A stretch of 64,000 nt of DNA from NCBI GenBank assembly GCA_008632985.1, contig QPGO01000235.1, positions 1 to 64,000 on the forward strand, written 5' to 3'. Under the pieces are notes generated by a model, which did no database searches, was not told the DNA's origin, and was given only the letters and a program-made list of their open reading frames with translations. This document shows positions 1 through 12,043 of the stretch, one piece after another; the stretch's first letter is position 1; each line of letters begins with the position of its first letter. This DNA is from Psammoneis japonica (taxonomy: Eukaryota). A program made the translations under genes and the position numbers.

Positions 1-1220
1 TTTCGAGCACAGTGCACTTTGCAGCTGACAACCACTGGTGCAGACCTGATGAGGCACTTCACATTTTTGTTGAAGTTGCCAAATGGAGTTCAATTTGCTG
101 GCACCACACATGCGGCAGCCAGCCATGTTGAAAAAAAGAGCAAAAAAATCTTGCAACAGTGTTGAGCACTCTTCTTCCACACTTTTGTGCCTTGTGCAAA
201 AAGAGAAAGTTGTTCATGAGGTCAAAAGAAAGATCACTTGAAAAAATGATCAAATGAGGCAAACTTTTCCCACACATGGCTTGTGTTTGCCACTTGCTTT
301 GAGGAACTCCACAGCACACTTTTTGAGGTTTTCTGAGACATCTTGTCAGCAGCAGCTTCAAGACATGCATGGTGAAAAGACCCCCCAATCATTTGCCACA
401 GTGCTGCTGTCTGTCCTCTTGTCACAAAGCCTTGTTTGCTTGCTGTGCTTTGCCCGAGATGGAGTTTGAGCTGTCTTCTAATTCCAACATTGATGGTCAT
501 TGAGAGTGTGTGGCTCACAACAACTTTGCTGAGGGAGAGCAAGTGAGTGAGGTGCAGCAAGCAGTGGCAACATCCCCTCAGCTGAGTGTGCATGAGCTGT
601 CCACATCATGTGTGCTTGCAAAATGGGCAAGCAGAGCATGCAATGAAAATGAGTGCAAGCCAGCTTTCTTTGACACCGGTGAATGTTGACCATGCAGTGC
701 AACTTTGTGCTCTAATGATGCAGGTTTGGATGTGAACATTGGCCAGCACATTGAGCTGCTTGTGCAGGTTTTCACTGCCAGGCACTGAGAAGCCCCTCAA
801 CAACCAAGTGCAGGACTTTTTTCCTGGCCAGAGGTGGGAAGTTCATGATCCCCTCCTGTGCTGTGTTTTTCACCAACCTTGTGTCCCTTCTTGTGGCCTC
901 ATTTTTTTGCAGAGCATGAGTTGCTGTCCACAGTGAAGCACAGGCCTTGACCCACCTTTGCTGCCATGACTTGAGTGGCCACATGTGTTTGCGGTCTTTT
1001 TGTGGCATTGATGTTGCGACGTCACTCGGACAATTTGAAGTCATGTCGCCAAGCCACATTCTGGGGGGCACACTGTTCTTTGTGACTCATCTGGTGCAGG
1101 CAGTTCTGCTTCTTCATGCTTTGTTGAATGAGGTCCTCGCATGACGACGACAGCTGGGGACAAGGCGCTGCATGCACTTGGGATTCTTTTCTCTCTCGCA
1201 CCAGTGGTGCTCCAGTTCCA
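1..1220. other. TpA-depleted (hypermutated) block
   Basis: By eye only 2 TA dinucleotides in about 1.2 kb (479 and 713, both in CTAA). CpG is also scarce. TA reappears from about 1223. Confidence 0.85.
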
Positions 1221-1585
1221 TCTACACCCTTGCCATTTATTGTCGCTTTTACGTTGAGGATGGCGATGCAATTGCTGAAAGGCTCAAAGAGAGCGAACAT
1301 TCGAGTCAAAGCAGTTTGAATGTCGATGAGGTGGACTCGAGTGAAGGGAGGAGCACGAGCGAGGACAGGGAAGAAAACGTCTTGTGCGCGGACAAAGAGG
1401 AAAATGAATCATTGTCTCGTCAACGGAGCCACGGAAGGAATCGACGTAAGAGAACTGGGCGGAGCTCGTTGTTCACTACAGAGTCCATGAGAAACGTGCG
1501 TTCGAGTGTTACATCCATTCGCTCAAGCTTGAACCAGTCCGTGCTGGCCATGACAGAAGGGATGAAAGATGCTCTGGATCCATAA
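947..1585 (+). pseudogene. 3' part of a probable membrane-protein gene whose 5' part lies in the hypermutated block
   Basis: ORFs 947-1144 and 1172-1585 are in the same frame, separated by one TGA. Hydrophobic segments (LGGTLFFVTHLVQAVLLLHALL, HLGFFSL, IYTLAIY) precede an acidic/Ser-rich tail. Tyr appears only after about 1223. Confidence 0.35.
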
Positions 1586-1739
1586 TGTCATTCTGAAATT
1601 GTTTCTTGACTATTTTTTAACTCAGAATCAGGTGATCGGGATTTCCCATCCTCGTTCGCTGGCCGGCTCAGCTACCGTAGTCCTGTTGCATTTCTATGGT
1701 TGAGTATTTCACGTTCGCATCATGAGTGTACATTTGTGT

Positions 1740-3706
1740 TTATACATTTTTAAATGGACCAAGTGGTTTTGACAATGAGAGAGAACGCGAAGAATAGCGG
1801 CTCGAAGAAAAGGACTCTGAGCATCTAAGTTCTGAAATGTCATCACTCCATAGATTTTCTTGTTGGATTGGAACCCAAGATGACCGCGTTTCGAAGCTCT
1901 TCTCATTAATTTCCAGTTGGCGCGTCTCCTCGAGAAGCTGTAGCTCTTCCGCTTTAGCAGTAAGGCACTCTGTGCGTTCAACGATCTTGGGACAAAAGCG
2001 AGAAGGTGCCATCAGCCATTCACCATGATCAAGTCCTCGAAACACAAAAACTCCCAAGTCGTCCAATTTATTTGTCTTCGTATCTTCAAAGTCCCACACA
2101 GAAAATCCATGTGATCGCAGGTAGGACTCCTGAATATCCGAAGGGGCCAGGCGGTCGTTGCTACTCAGGAAGATCACGCATGGTTTCTTACCAATGTCCT
2201 CGACGAAGAGGTTGCCTCGTGCCCACGAGAACTGACGCTGGATCGCCCATTTCACCATCATATCTGAGCGAATGATGTATGATACATCACCCGGATTCGG
2301 GAGATGGTAAACGAGACGATGCGTGAGAGCCGCATTGTATAGACAAAAACACACTGGATCAAGAAAAACCAACGCCGCAACAAAACTTGGGGTGTACTTC
2401 ACAACGTACGAGACAATGAAACTCCCATAGGAATGGCACTGAAACGTTGCTTTGTGATGGCCATGATGGGCCAACATTGCAGTTAGAGAAGCGGCAACCT
2501 GCCTGGGAGACTGCACGGAGCTAGGCATGACCCACGGTCGAAACGCAGATACGGTCGCTATTTCGGGAAGGAAGATCGGACGCTTGGTACGAAGAAGCTC
2601 CAAAACAAGAGGAATATACATTACAACACCCAATCCAATGCCGTGAACAAACATGATGGGAGTCTTTTGTTCTTCATCGTCGTTTCCTGGCTTTCTATTT
2701 GGGTTGTAGTAGTATGACGTGGAGCAAATCACGTGTCTGCGAAAGCCAAGCCACCACATCACCAAACGAAGTACAACCTCGGCTGGTACGACAATAAGGA
2801 CGTGTAAAAAAAGAGGAAAAAGCTTGATTCCCAAAAGTGGATCCGAAGTTGGTCGAAGGTATCGTTGGGTATTCGGGGGAGATGAATGACATTCCTCTTG
2901 CTTCTTCTCTTCATTTCCTTCCTCGTGTAGTGCTTGATGACATTCTGTGATTTGTTGCATTAGGTCTGCCAATACAGATGCAGGAATGTCATGCGACTCT
3001 GGTATAAGTTGCTCCAACAGCCTTCTAAATCCTCTAACCCTCAGTAGCTTCCCTTCGTCTCCTTTTCTACCTCCAGAGCCCGCATCGTCGGTGTCGGAAC
3101 CAGGCACTGAGGCGATTTGCGATTCGCGCTTAAGGTCACCCAGGCTCGCCAACGGTGTATTGCTTGGACGATGTGAAACACCATTACCATCCCCTCGATT
3201 GATCTTCTGCAGAACTTGTGTTGTACGAATATGTCGACTTGCTTGTGTTCACGGTCAAGCAGATGTTCTTGGCTCCTCCCATCGAAGAAGCCCCACGCAA
3301 TGAAGTTTCTCAGGTCGTGTAACGTAATACTGTCAATATCTACATTATGAAACCATCGTTGAAAATACTCAGCGACGCTGTTCTTTTCTGCTTTGAGGAC
3401 ACGGTCCCAGAGCAAGATTCGTTCCTCCATTGGCATAATCGGCGCTGCTTGCAACGCAGCTTCCATTGGGCACATCGACTTGAGGTATGCAAATTTCATT
3501 CTCATACAGATGTTAAAGCATACCTCAAGAAGAAGGACAACAACAAGCCACATCGGGACCAACTGAGCAGAGGAAGAGCATACTTCGCTGCCTAATGACT
3601 CGGTGACAAAAACTCCGCAAAGAATAATCCTTTGCAACAAGATGATGGGTAGAGTTGCGTTAAACACAAAAGGCAGAACGCAAACGCAGCGAGTCAACGC
3701 TGCCAT
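1740..3706 (-). CDS. Membrane-associated alpha/beta-hydrolase fold protein (one frameshift near 3220)
   Basis: PIMFVHGIGLG oxyanion region, HSYGS nucleophile elbow, FLDPVCF and C-terminal DHG in ORF 1740-3152. The N-terminal TM part is in ORF 3041-3751. The frames join at DIFVQ/QVLQKINRG. Confidence 0.75.
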
Positions 3707-4158
3707 TACCGTGCTACCACGACCTGAATAAGTGAGACCTTCGGTCGGCAACTGACACGATTGTTAGATTGAACATTCATAACACTTCGTTGTACTGCTG
3801 TCGAGGGAATACATACGTGTCTGCTGCTAATCCTATCCAGCTCTCTGGAGCGTCTGCTTGAAAATCGAAGGCTCATTTTAAATGGGAGACTACCGTACCC
3901 ATAATATCCCTGCTTATTTTTCACGAGCTCTAATTTGCACACGAACCACATGCTGGTTCCTGTGCATTTACGTACATTTTATACCAGTCGCATCGTAGAG
4001 GGGTGTTGTTCGCCGGCCCTGACGAACTCTTTCTCAGACATAAAATACTTTTCACGACGTCCGGCACATGACTGCCGGCTCGGTGGACACTGTTTCGAGT
4101 GCGTTTTCACGTAGATCCTACTGCAGATGTAGGCACTCAGATTTAATTCGGTACAAAT

Positions 4159-4250
4159 CTACGCAGCATTTTGCGTAGGGTGCACTCGAACCACCAGGTG
4201 GTTCGTGTGCACCCAAAAATGCACACGGACCACCAGGTGGTTCGTGTGCA
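4159..4250. repeat. Cluster of hairpins with a duplicated ACCACCAGGTGGTTCGTGTGCA at the edge of a hypermutated block
   Basis: CTACGCA..TGCGTAG, GTGCACTCGAACCACC-A-GGTGGTTCGTGTGCAC, and a second near-identical hairpin follow one another. Confidence 0.7.
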
Positions 4251-4269
4251 TAAGCAGGGACATAACTGG

Positions 4270-6620
4270 CGACACTGAAGACTTCAGCCTGCCATCACCG
4301 TGCTTCGGACATTTTTGACAGGCACTCGGCCGGTGACAGTCGGCTTGAGTCGTCACTCTCGCTAGTTGTTTGCAGGAATGACTTGTGTTGGTTCGTCGTT
4401 TTCGCATCACATGATGTTTGTTGCGTGTGAGATTGGTTGTCTTCTCGGGGCGGTCGTCTTTGTCGCCTTTCGCGTCACCGACCACACCATCATTTTGTGT
4501 CGTTTGCTCGGACTGCAAATCCGATTGGGTCTGTGCCTCTTGTGGCTTGTGGCACATTTCCTGCGGAACCCATCAGTTGTCGGACTGACATTGTTGTTCG
4601 CAGCGCTGTGCATTTGCAACACAGACAAAAAAGCAAACCCACGAAACGACACCGCGATCGAAGAGGCGCCATCACCGTTGACAATGGCATCTTCCAGCGG
4701 TCCCACAACAAGAGTGCATCACCATCCATGCGACCAGCCAGCACGACGACTGCTCTGGCGGCATGCAGACAGTGGTCTGTTGCTCAGTCAGTGCGAGAGC
4801 CATTGAGTGTGCTGTGCATTCACAGATGTGCTCAGGTCTTTCATCTGTGATGTGGGCTCAGGTGCTGTGTGAACAAGTCCATGCTGATGGCAAGGGGCGG
4901 GGTGCAAGGGTGCCGTGCTCAGGGCCCGGCACAAAGCCGCTCCTCTGGGCACCTCCTTTCCATGCTGGAAACAAGTGTGCCATTCATGAGGGCTCATTTC
5001 TTCAAGCTTCAGAGTCAACCACAGCAGATGTGTCCCCCATCTTCATGTTCTTGTGGAGAACCTCATCTTGGCTGTGGGTCGATGCGGGGCACATGTCTGC
5101 ACACCCACGAAAGAAGTCACGATCTTCCAACACAATTTCTCTCCCAACAGAGCCAGCAACAAATGGTGCCTGATTGGAACAACAACAGGGTCCTTTGGTG
5201 CTCACACTCATCTTGCTGCACAGCAACTCTCTGCTGGCTCGAAGCTTCAGAGCGGCGCCCTCGACTGCTGCAGCAATGTGGGTCCAAGACTCTGCAGAAA
5301 TTGCTTGGGTGCCCCTGACTGCTGCCTTGTTTGGTGAGCGCAGCTGCCAAAAAAGCCACCAAAAGCCCAGCAGCACAGGGTTCCTTGTTGGTGGAGAGCC
5401 GCGGGTGGAGATTTGCTCGCTTGCGTCACAAATGTGGCAAATGAAGTAATTTCAGATGCACACAACATTTCGTTTGCGCGATTTTGTTCTGGAACGTGCA
5501 TTCTCACTGAAAATCTGGAGGCACCCTTTTTGCAATTTAGAAAGTTCAGTGTCGACTTTTAACACCGGGTTTTTTGAAAGCTTCATCCATGAACAGAGAG
5601 GAGCTGAATCTCAACCTCTGACAATGAAGTTTGTTGTGAACCACCATCACAAACAGAGAAACAATGCCACACATTGGGGGCAAATCTCTGCCGGTGGAGA
5701 TTTGCTCCCAATGAGCAAATGCACGTGGCACACTTTGCGCAGATTGCACACGATGTGACATTTTTTCACTGTGTTCATTGTGTTGTTGCAAAAGTGCATG
5801 ACACATCACACATCCTCAAGTGGAGCAAATCTCCACCGTGGAGATTTGCTCCCCTGGTGGTTGAAAGGTTGAGAGCCAGGCTGGCAGACTTGGCAAGAAG
5901 CTTTGCGCAATTCTTGCCAACACAAAGAAGAAAATCTTCTGGTGCTTTGATGGCCAAACATCCTCTCCCACTGCCTTTGACAATGTGCTTGAAGCCGCCT
6001 GTCTTTTTTCCGGAACATTGGTCACAAAGCGGCCCTTGCTCAGCTCGGCACACAGCAAACCTCTTTTTGTTGATCACAGTGTGTGTTGGTGGGTGCATCT
6101 GCAGCCAGCGTGCCATTGACTTCAACAGGCAGTTCGACACTCAGAGAAGAAAGCATGTTTGCCAGAGGAAAGGGCTCCTCTGTCTTTTTGTTTGTTCTTG
6201 TGTGGAGGTTTGCCACACGCTGGCTCTGCTCATTTGCAAAACAACGCTGTGAGCTCTGATCAGTCAAGAGCAAAGCAGGTGAGATTTCAAAGCCACTGCA
6301 AACTGTCTTTGTCTTGTTTCGCACTTTGAATTTTCATGGTGTGTTGGGGTGCAGGGAAAGCGGGGAAGTCATGCTTGCTTGGCTGAGAAGGTTGTCCAAG
6401 CAGCAGGATGGCTTGCAAGCATTGGGGCCCCAGGGAGCTGCGTGGTGTGATGTTCTTTTTCGTTTTTTTGTGCAGTGCCTGGAAACACATTGCAGAGCTT
6501 TTGATCAATCATTCAGCGCAGTTCGCGGTTCGTGTTCGCGGATCGTCGCGTCGCATGCTTTTTCTTTTGAGCACCAATGACTCTGTGCGGTCAGTTTGTC
6601 TGTCACTTGGCACCCGCGGG
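4270..6620. other. TpA-depleted block of degenerate repeat-derived sequence
   Basis: Very few TA, essentially those within the MITE (GTAA, TTAG, TTAA). All overlapping ORFs are His/Cys-rich and Tyr-free. Confidence 0.8.
5400..5868 (+). mobile_element. piggyBac-type MITE, 5'-truncated copy
   Basis: Alignable over about 470 bp with 38886-39353. Ends CTGGTGGTTGAAAGG followed by TTGA (5869-5872), interpreted as a mutated TTAA. Confidence 0.8.
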
Positions 6621-7114
6621 CATACTGTAGTGTTGTTTCGAATGTGGAATGAATTCCCGATCTCTACTCTCTAGTAGCTCTGCTACCGTAGATAGAGAGA
6701 GAGAGAGCTGTTAGGCAACAGCAACGAATTTGGTCCCGAGTCTTTTCAGAGTTGTTTTCTCATCACAATGTGTTGGGAGCTGTAACGTCGTGGATGACTT
6801 TTTGCACTCGGGTGAGGAGTCACACCCTTTGCTCTGCAAACAACTTGCTAGAGGTCGAGAAGCATCAATGAGAGCTAGAGAGGGTACATTCATGCATTTG
6901 TTTAGGTCTTTCATGTAAGATATGCGTTCAGGTGTAAATAACTCCGTGACATCGACTACAGATAAGGAATGGAGGGCACATACCTGGATCCATAAACCAT
7001 TTCTATACTGTTTTCTCTCCGCGGTGAACCGGTGCCTTTGGCTCATCCAAGAGGGTAAAGCTTATAATCTGAGTTTCTGGGATACGTGATGGCCCCAAAG
7101 CCAAGAACTCTTTT

Positions 7115-7967
7115 TTAGCAATATAGATCTTCAGCCCACGCCTGCTTGACTCGTGGGTCGAGGTTCGACAATTGGTTCAGTCTCTTTTCGATAAAGTCGA
7201 CATTCCCCTCCTCTTCCGATTTCATTTCAAGTGGCGCTTCGAAACGAACATGCATTGAAGCCACGCTCAATTTCTTACGCATGGCATGTACAATAGGGAC
7301 CAACTGAGCATCGTATGAATCACCTCCTTTATAAGAGGTCCACAGGTTGGCATGTTTGGCCTTGAACGAAAGCGGGCCAAAATGCCAGTCAATGCGTGGA
7401 AGAATGTGCTTGGCATTGTCCATTTCCTCTTGGATACCCGCGTCAAACACAGGCAAGCTGAAATTCAGTTTTGTAAGTTCCTTCTTTGTGACAGCATCTA
7501 AAACAGATTGCCATACATTTCCGAGTGAAATTGTTCACACGGATAAGTCTCCTGAAACAGAGACAAAGACCGATACGGAATAATCACATCTTCGCTTCGT
7601 TCTTGAACGCCACGCCAATGATGCACCATGTTTACTTTCTCGGGTTCTTGCCAGCACAAAATCGTATCTTCTCTGACTCCAAGTAGACCGCTCGCGATCT
7701 CTGCGGCTCTCGCAGAGCCGCGCCCTTTTTCCCCTTTGCCGTCTGGCGTTGAACTAATGCCCCAGAAGACAAGAGCTGATTGTGCACCTCGTCACTGGGA
7801 GAGCCGTCCACCACCACAACTGCAGTCCCATTAGTTCGGCACTCTGCCAGCATGTTCATACACATCTGGAATCGAATGTCGGCGGTAGACTCATAACGTG
7901 TGACGGTGAAAATCAAGTAGCCACGAGACTTAATAAGCTGCTCCAAAGATTCCGGGGTAGTGCTCAT
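7115..7967 (-). CDS. GT-A fold glycosyltransferase-like protein (two 1-nt frameshifts, near 7707 and 7500)
   Basis: Restoring one G and one T in short runs gives a continuous protein with VVVVDGSP, GKKGAALRE, WQEPEK, VIIPYR, YPCEQFHSEMYGN, DWHFGP and KRLNQL. No introns are needed. Confidence 0.6.
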
Positions 7968-8377
7968 GACGATGCAAGTCCGTTGCAATGCTGTAAGGTA
8001 GCTTCAAGACGTCCGAAACGAATGTTTCTCGGGTTGCTGTCATCGCCTCGCTCTCGCTCGCTCCTCTTGGAAATCTTCGATCGGATATCTGGAGGACTTC
8101 CTTTTCCTAGTGTTCTCTCTCTTTCACTAAACGTTTGTATTAACATCTTATAGGAAGACCTCGTTTCTGGAGCTATCACAGAACGCAAAACGACGATAGA
8201 AAAAGCAACATCAATCCTGATGACAGAACCAGCCTGAAACTCCTATTTGCTTCTGTGTTTCTTTTAGGGGATGTGTCAACGGAAGGAAACAGCGTGCACT
8301 GTGGCTTATTGCAGCTATAGTCATCGATTTTGTTCGCCGTTTTTAAAAAAGAAAACGTTGCACCGTAGGACATGAGG

Positions 8378-11300
8378 ATGACACCCACTGGTCACAGTCA
8401 AAGGCGATTGCCTTTGGAAGGACGATTCTTTGCTCGGTCTCATGAGCTCAGCCGAATACGTTCGTGTCTCGATTCCGAGCCTTCAGGGGTAAAAGTTGTG
8501 CTTGTTTCAGGCTGTAGCGGTGTCGGAAAATCTAGATTGCTTCGTGCCGCTCTAACTTCGAGTACCCCTCGATTGATTGGATGCGCAAAGTTTGACTCGC
8601 GGATTGCTCCGTTGGAAGCCATTCAAGACTGTGTTGTCGACATTGTTCGAAAGATCCAAGCGAATGAGGCCCTTTTGCATTTGATTCGTCAGCGACTTGG
8701 AGATAGCATGGAAGATGAGCACAAAGACATGTTGATGTCTGTGATTCCAGAAACGAGGGCTGTGCTTCAGTTCGAAACAGATGAAGAGGAAAAGACGAAT
8801 GAGGAGAGGTCGGTAGCCCATACCGGTACAATGAGCAATAGTAAAGAAAACATGCTGCAGCTTCAAATGGCCCTGAAGGCCTTCTTGTTTGCAGTGGCTG
8901 GATTTGAGAAGGTTGTCCTTTTACTTGACGATCTTCAGTGGTGTGGTCAAGATTCCTTTGATGTTATCTTGTCTGTGTTTACAGAGCCAAATGCCTCCAA
9001 TATGGTGCTTTGTGCGTCGTATCGGGATAACGAAATCAGGAGTGAGCTAATAATGTTTATGAACAAGCTAACAAACTCTCTACCATCACCGGCGATTTGC
9101 TCTGTGAGTCTGAAAGCCTTCGATGCAGCGTCCATCAATGACATGATGGCTTCCCTTCTAAATGCTGACTCTAACGAAGAAACGTCCAACCTTGCCGGGA
9201 TCATTCATCAACGCACCGACGGGAATATTTTTTTTAAGGCAGTTTCTTGAAGAGTTACAAAGAGAAGGGCTTCTCCGGTACAACTTCATTGCTTCTAAAT
9301 GGGAATATGACGTACAACAGATCCAAGACAAAACAGCTCTCTGCGAGAACATTGTTCAGATCGTCACTAAAAGAATCCATCGATTAGACCCGCCCATCCG
9401 GGATATCTTAAAGCTACTTGCCTGCTTTGGATGTCGGAGTAATGCTTCGACCTTGGAAATGTGTCAATCGGTCTTTTCTGAAATCTCGAATACGGGTGAG
9501 CTACTTCAAGTGGCATGTACCCAAGAGCATCTACTGGACGATCTTGGAAATGGATGGTATAAGTTCAGTCACGACAAAATTCTCGAATCTGTCAAGTCCA
9601 TGCTACCTACTGGAGAGGAGCTCAATAAGCTACACTGGGATATCGGGATGTTCCTATTTGGCGCTCTTGATGGTGCAACCACAGATCGCGACCGCCTTCG
9701 TTTCATGTGCGCGGACCAGATCAACTTGGGCGGAGCTCGTTTCGTCAAGGGAGCAAAGCATCGTGTTCAGCTTGCCAAGCTCAACTTGGACGCTGCCAAG
9801 TCGGCGTCGAGGCTATCGGCGTTCCATCCAGCTTGCAGATACTGCCAAGCTGGAATTGACATTCTTGGAGAGAACATGGCCGGTTCTTTGAACGTCGCGC
9901 TCGACTTGTATGTTCACTTTGCCGAAATGCTGTTTTGTTGTGGTGATATGACCCGAGCGAGAGAATATTGTGACAAGATCTTTGCATCTGGGACACTGGA
10001 GCACAAAGTCCGATGCTACGTGACCATGTTGCAAATTCTCTTGTCAGAGGCAAAGAATCATGATGTTGTCGACTTTGGGTTACGGGCTTTGAAAGCACTT
10101 GGCGAAACCGTACCCCCAAAGCCCAACAAACTTCAAGCCCTCTATAGCTACAAGATAATGGCCAAAATGCTGAACGATTCCACTCCTGAAGATATCCTCA
10201 GCTTGCCGATCATGAAAGACCCTGGAAAGGCCGCGCGTACTGAAATTTTGTTGGCTATGGTGATGCCTATCGTTCATCTCGCAATGACCAATTTGTATAC
10301 GGTAGTGGTTGAGCGGATGCTAAGTCTAACCTTTCAGTACGGGTTGACAACCGCAGCCCCTGAGGCCTTCGCCATAGCAGGAGCAGAAGTCATTGCACAC
10401 CGAAATGATCTTAAGCATGCATATCAGCTTGGGAAGCTGGCCGTTTCCTTGGCGGATCGACTGAAAGCAACGAGTGTCAAAGCAAAGGTATATATGTGGA
10501 CTAGCGCCTTCACGCAATGGTGGATGGAGCCGCTTGCTCACTGCCTTGAATCAGCACTGAAAGGCTATCATGCTGGACTTGCTGTTGGCGATCAGCATTA
10601 CGGCTTTCATTGTATTTCAGCGTATGCTCTAACGTACGGATACTCGGGAATTCCGTTGTTACCTCTTCTTGATGATCTTGATAAATATGGTCAGCAGATG
10701 ATTGATTATGGACAGTTCATGGTCTTGTTTTGCATCATTCCCATGTGGCAGTTTGTCTTGATCTTTGTGGGAAATCTGACTCGCCGCTTGATATGTCTCG
10801 AGGCTACGCTCTCGACAAGCAGAAGCTGGCGGGGAACGAAGAGAGGATTGGAGAACAAGCTTGTTGGTCATTTCTGATGCAGTTGTGCTTTTACTTTGAT
10901 GACATCGAGAAGGCTAGTGATCTCTCCCACCGGCTTCAACGTCTAGACATCGGATTTGCGAGAGCCGAAGTGTTTTTCCCTGCCAGAGTATTCTTTTTCT
11001 CCCTAATCGCGATTGAGCAGTTCCGTCGCACAGGAAAGCGAAAGTTCAAGTTGGAAGCGAAGATGCATGTGGAGCTGATAATGAAATGGATAAAGCTCGG
11101 TGCGATAAATTTGGTGCACAAAGGTATGATCCTTCAGGCTGAGATGGACTCGCTTACTTCAAAAGACCCTCATGTCGTTCGATCAAAGTACGATAAGGCA
11201 TTTTCATGCGCCACGAGGAGTGGCTTTTTGCAAGATGGAGCTCTCGCGTGTCAACTTGCGGCTTCTTTTTGCAAGAAGGTGTTACCAGACTGCATGAACC

Positions 11301-11515
11301 AGTATGTTGTAAAAGCGTGGGAGCAGTGGATGGAGTGGGATGCGATTGCAGTGGCAAAGCACCTAGAAAAAAAGTATGCTGGCATTCTTGGTAGCACCAA
11401 ATTGATCCGGTTGGGTGATCAAGGCTCGCTTCTTGGGAGAAATGGATTTCGGAGTCGTTCCCGTTTTTCTGAATCTGCTGCTAAGAAGCATGAGAAGTTG
11501 AACTATGGACCTTAA
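8378..11515 (+). CDS. STAND-like P-loop ATPase (AAA_16/COG3899-type) with helical C-terminal region, copy 1 (frameshifts near 9235 and 10761)
   Basis: Walker A GCSGVGKS, Walker B LLLDDLQW, TDGNIFF and YKFSHDKI. Colinear with the intact paralogue at 12044. Both shifts are short deletions in T or A runs. Confidence 0.85.
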
Positions 11516-12043
11516 GGCTGCTCCTTTTTGGTCGATGTTCCCGAGAGAGACAAACATCCAGTCATAAGGATCTTCTAGTGGTGGATGGCCGCCATCGAGA
11601 CCAAATGTCCAAAACCGCAAAAGAGACAGTCAGCATTTCTTGGTAACGTTGAACCTTTCAGCTTTCACGAGTAGGGAGTGAAGAGCTCTAACTCGGTCCT
11701 GTCCTTTTCCTAGAGTGTTCTCTCTCTTTCACTACTAGTTCTGTATTACCATCTCATAGGAAGACCTCCTTTCTGGAGCTACCTATTACAGCCAGAACAA
11801 CGCGCAACTATCTCGCACGCAACTCGCAACAATCCGCAGAGGTCTCGCAGAAGATCAGATCACCGCGACGACGGTCCTTTGCACCCACATCCTCTAGCTA
11901 GCGGTATTTGCTTCTGTGTTTACTTTTAGGGGATGAGTGAACAGAAGGCAACAGTGTGCACTGTGGCTTATTGCAGCTATGATCATCGATTTCGTTCGCC
12001 GTTTTTAAAAAAGAAAACTTCGCACCGAAAGACCTAATAAAGA

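Noticed and set aside
6711..7046. 111-aa minus-strand ORF downstream of the GT-like gene
   Set aside because: No recognisable motif. It may be UTR or a fragment.
3200..10770. Programmed frameshifting or true pseudogenisation of the hydrolase, GT-like and first ATPase genes (also COG2 near 59755)
   Set aside because: Most shifts are 1-2 nt indels in homopolymer or short repeat runs in otherwise conserved frames, typical of long-read consensus errors. This cannot be settled without reads.
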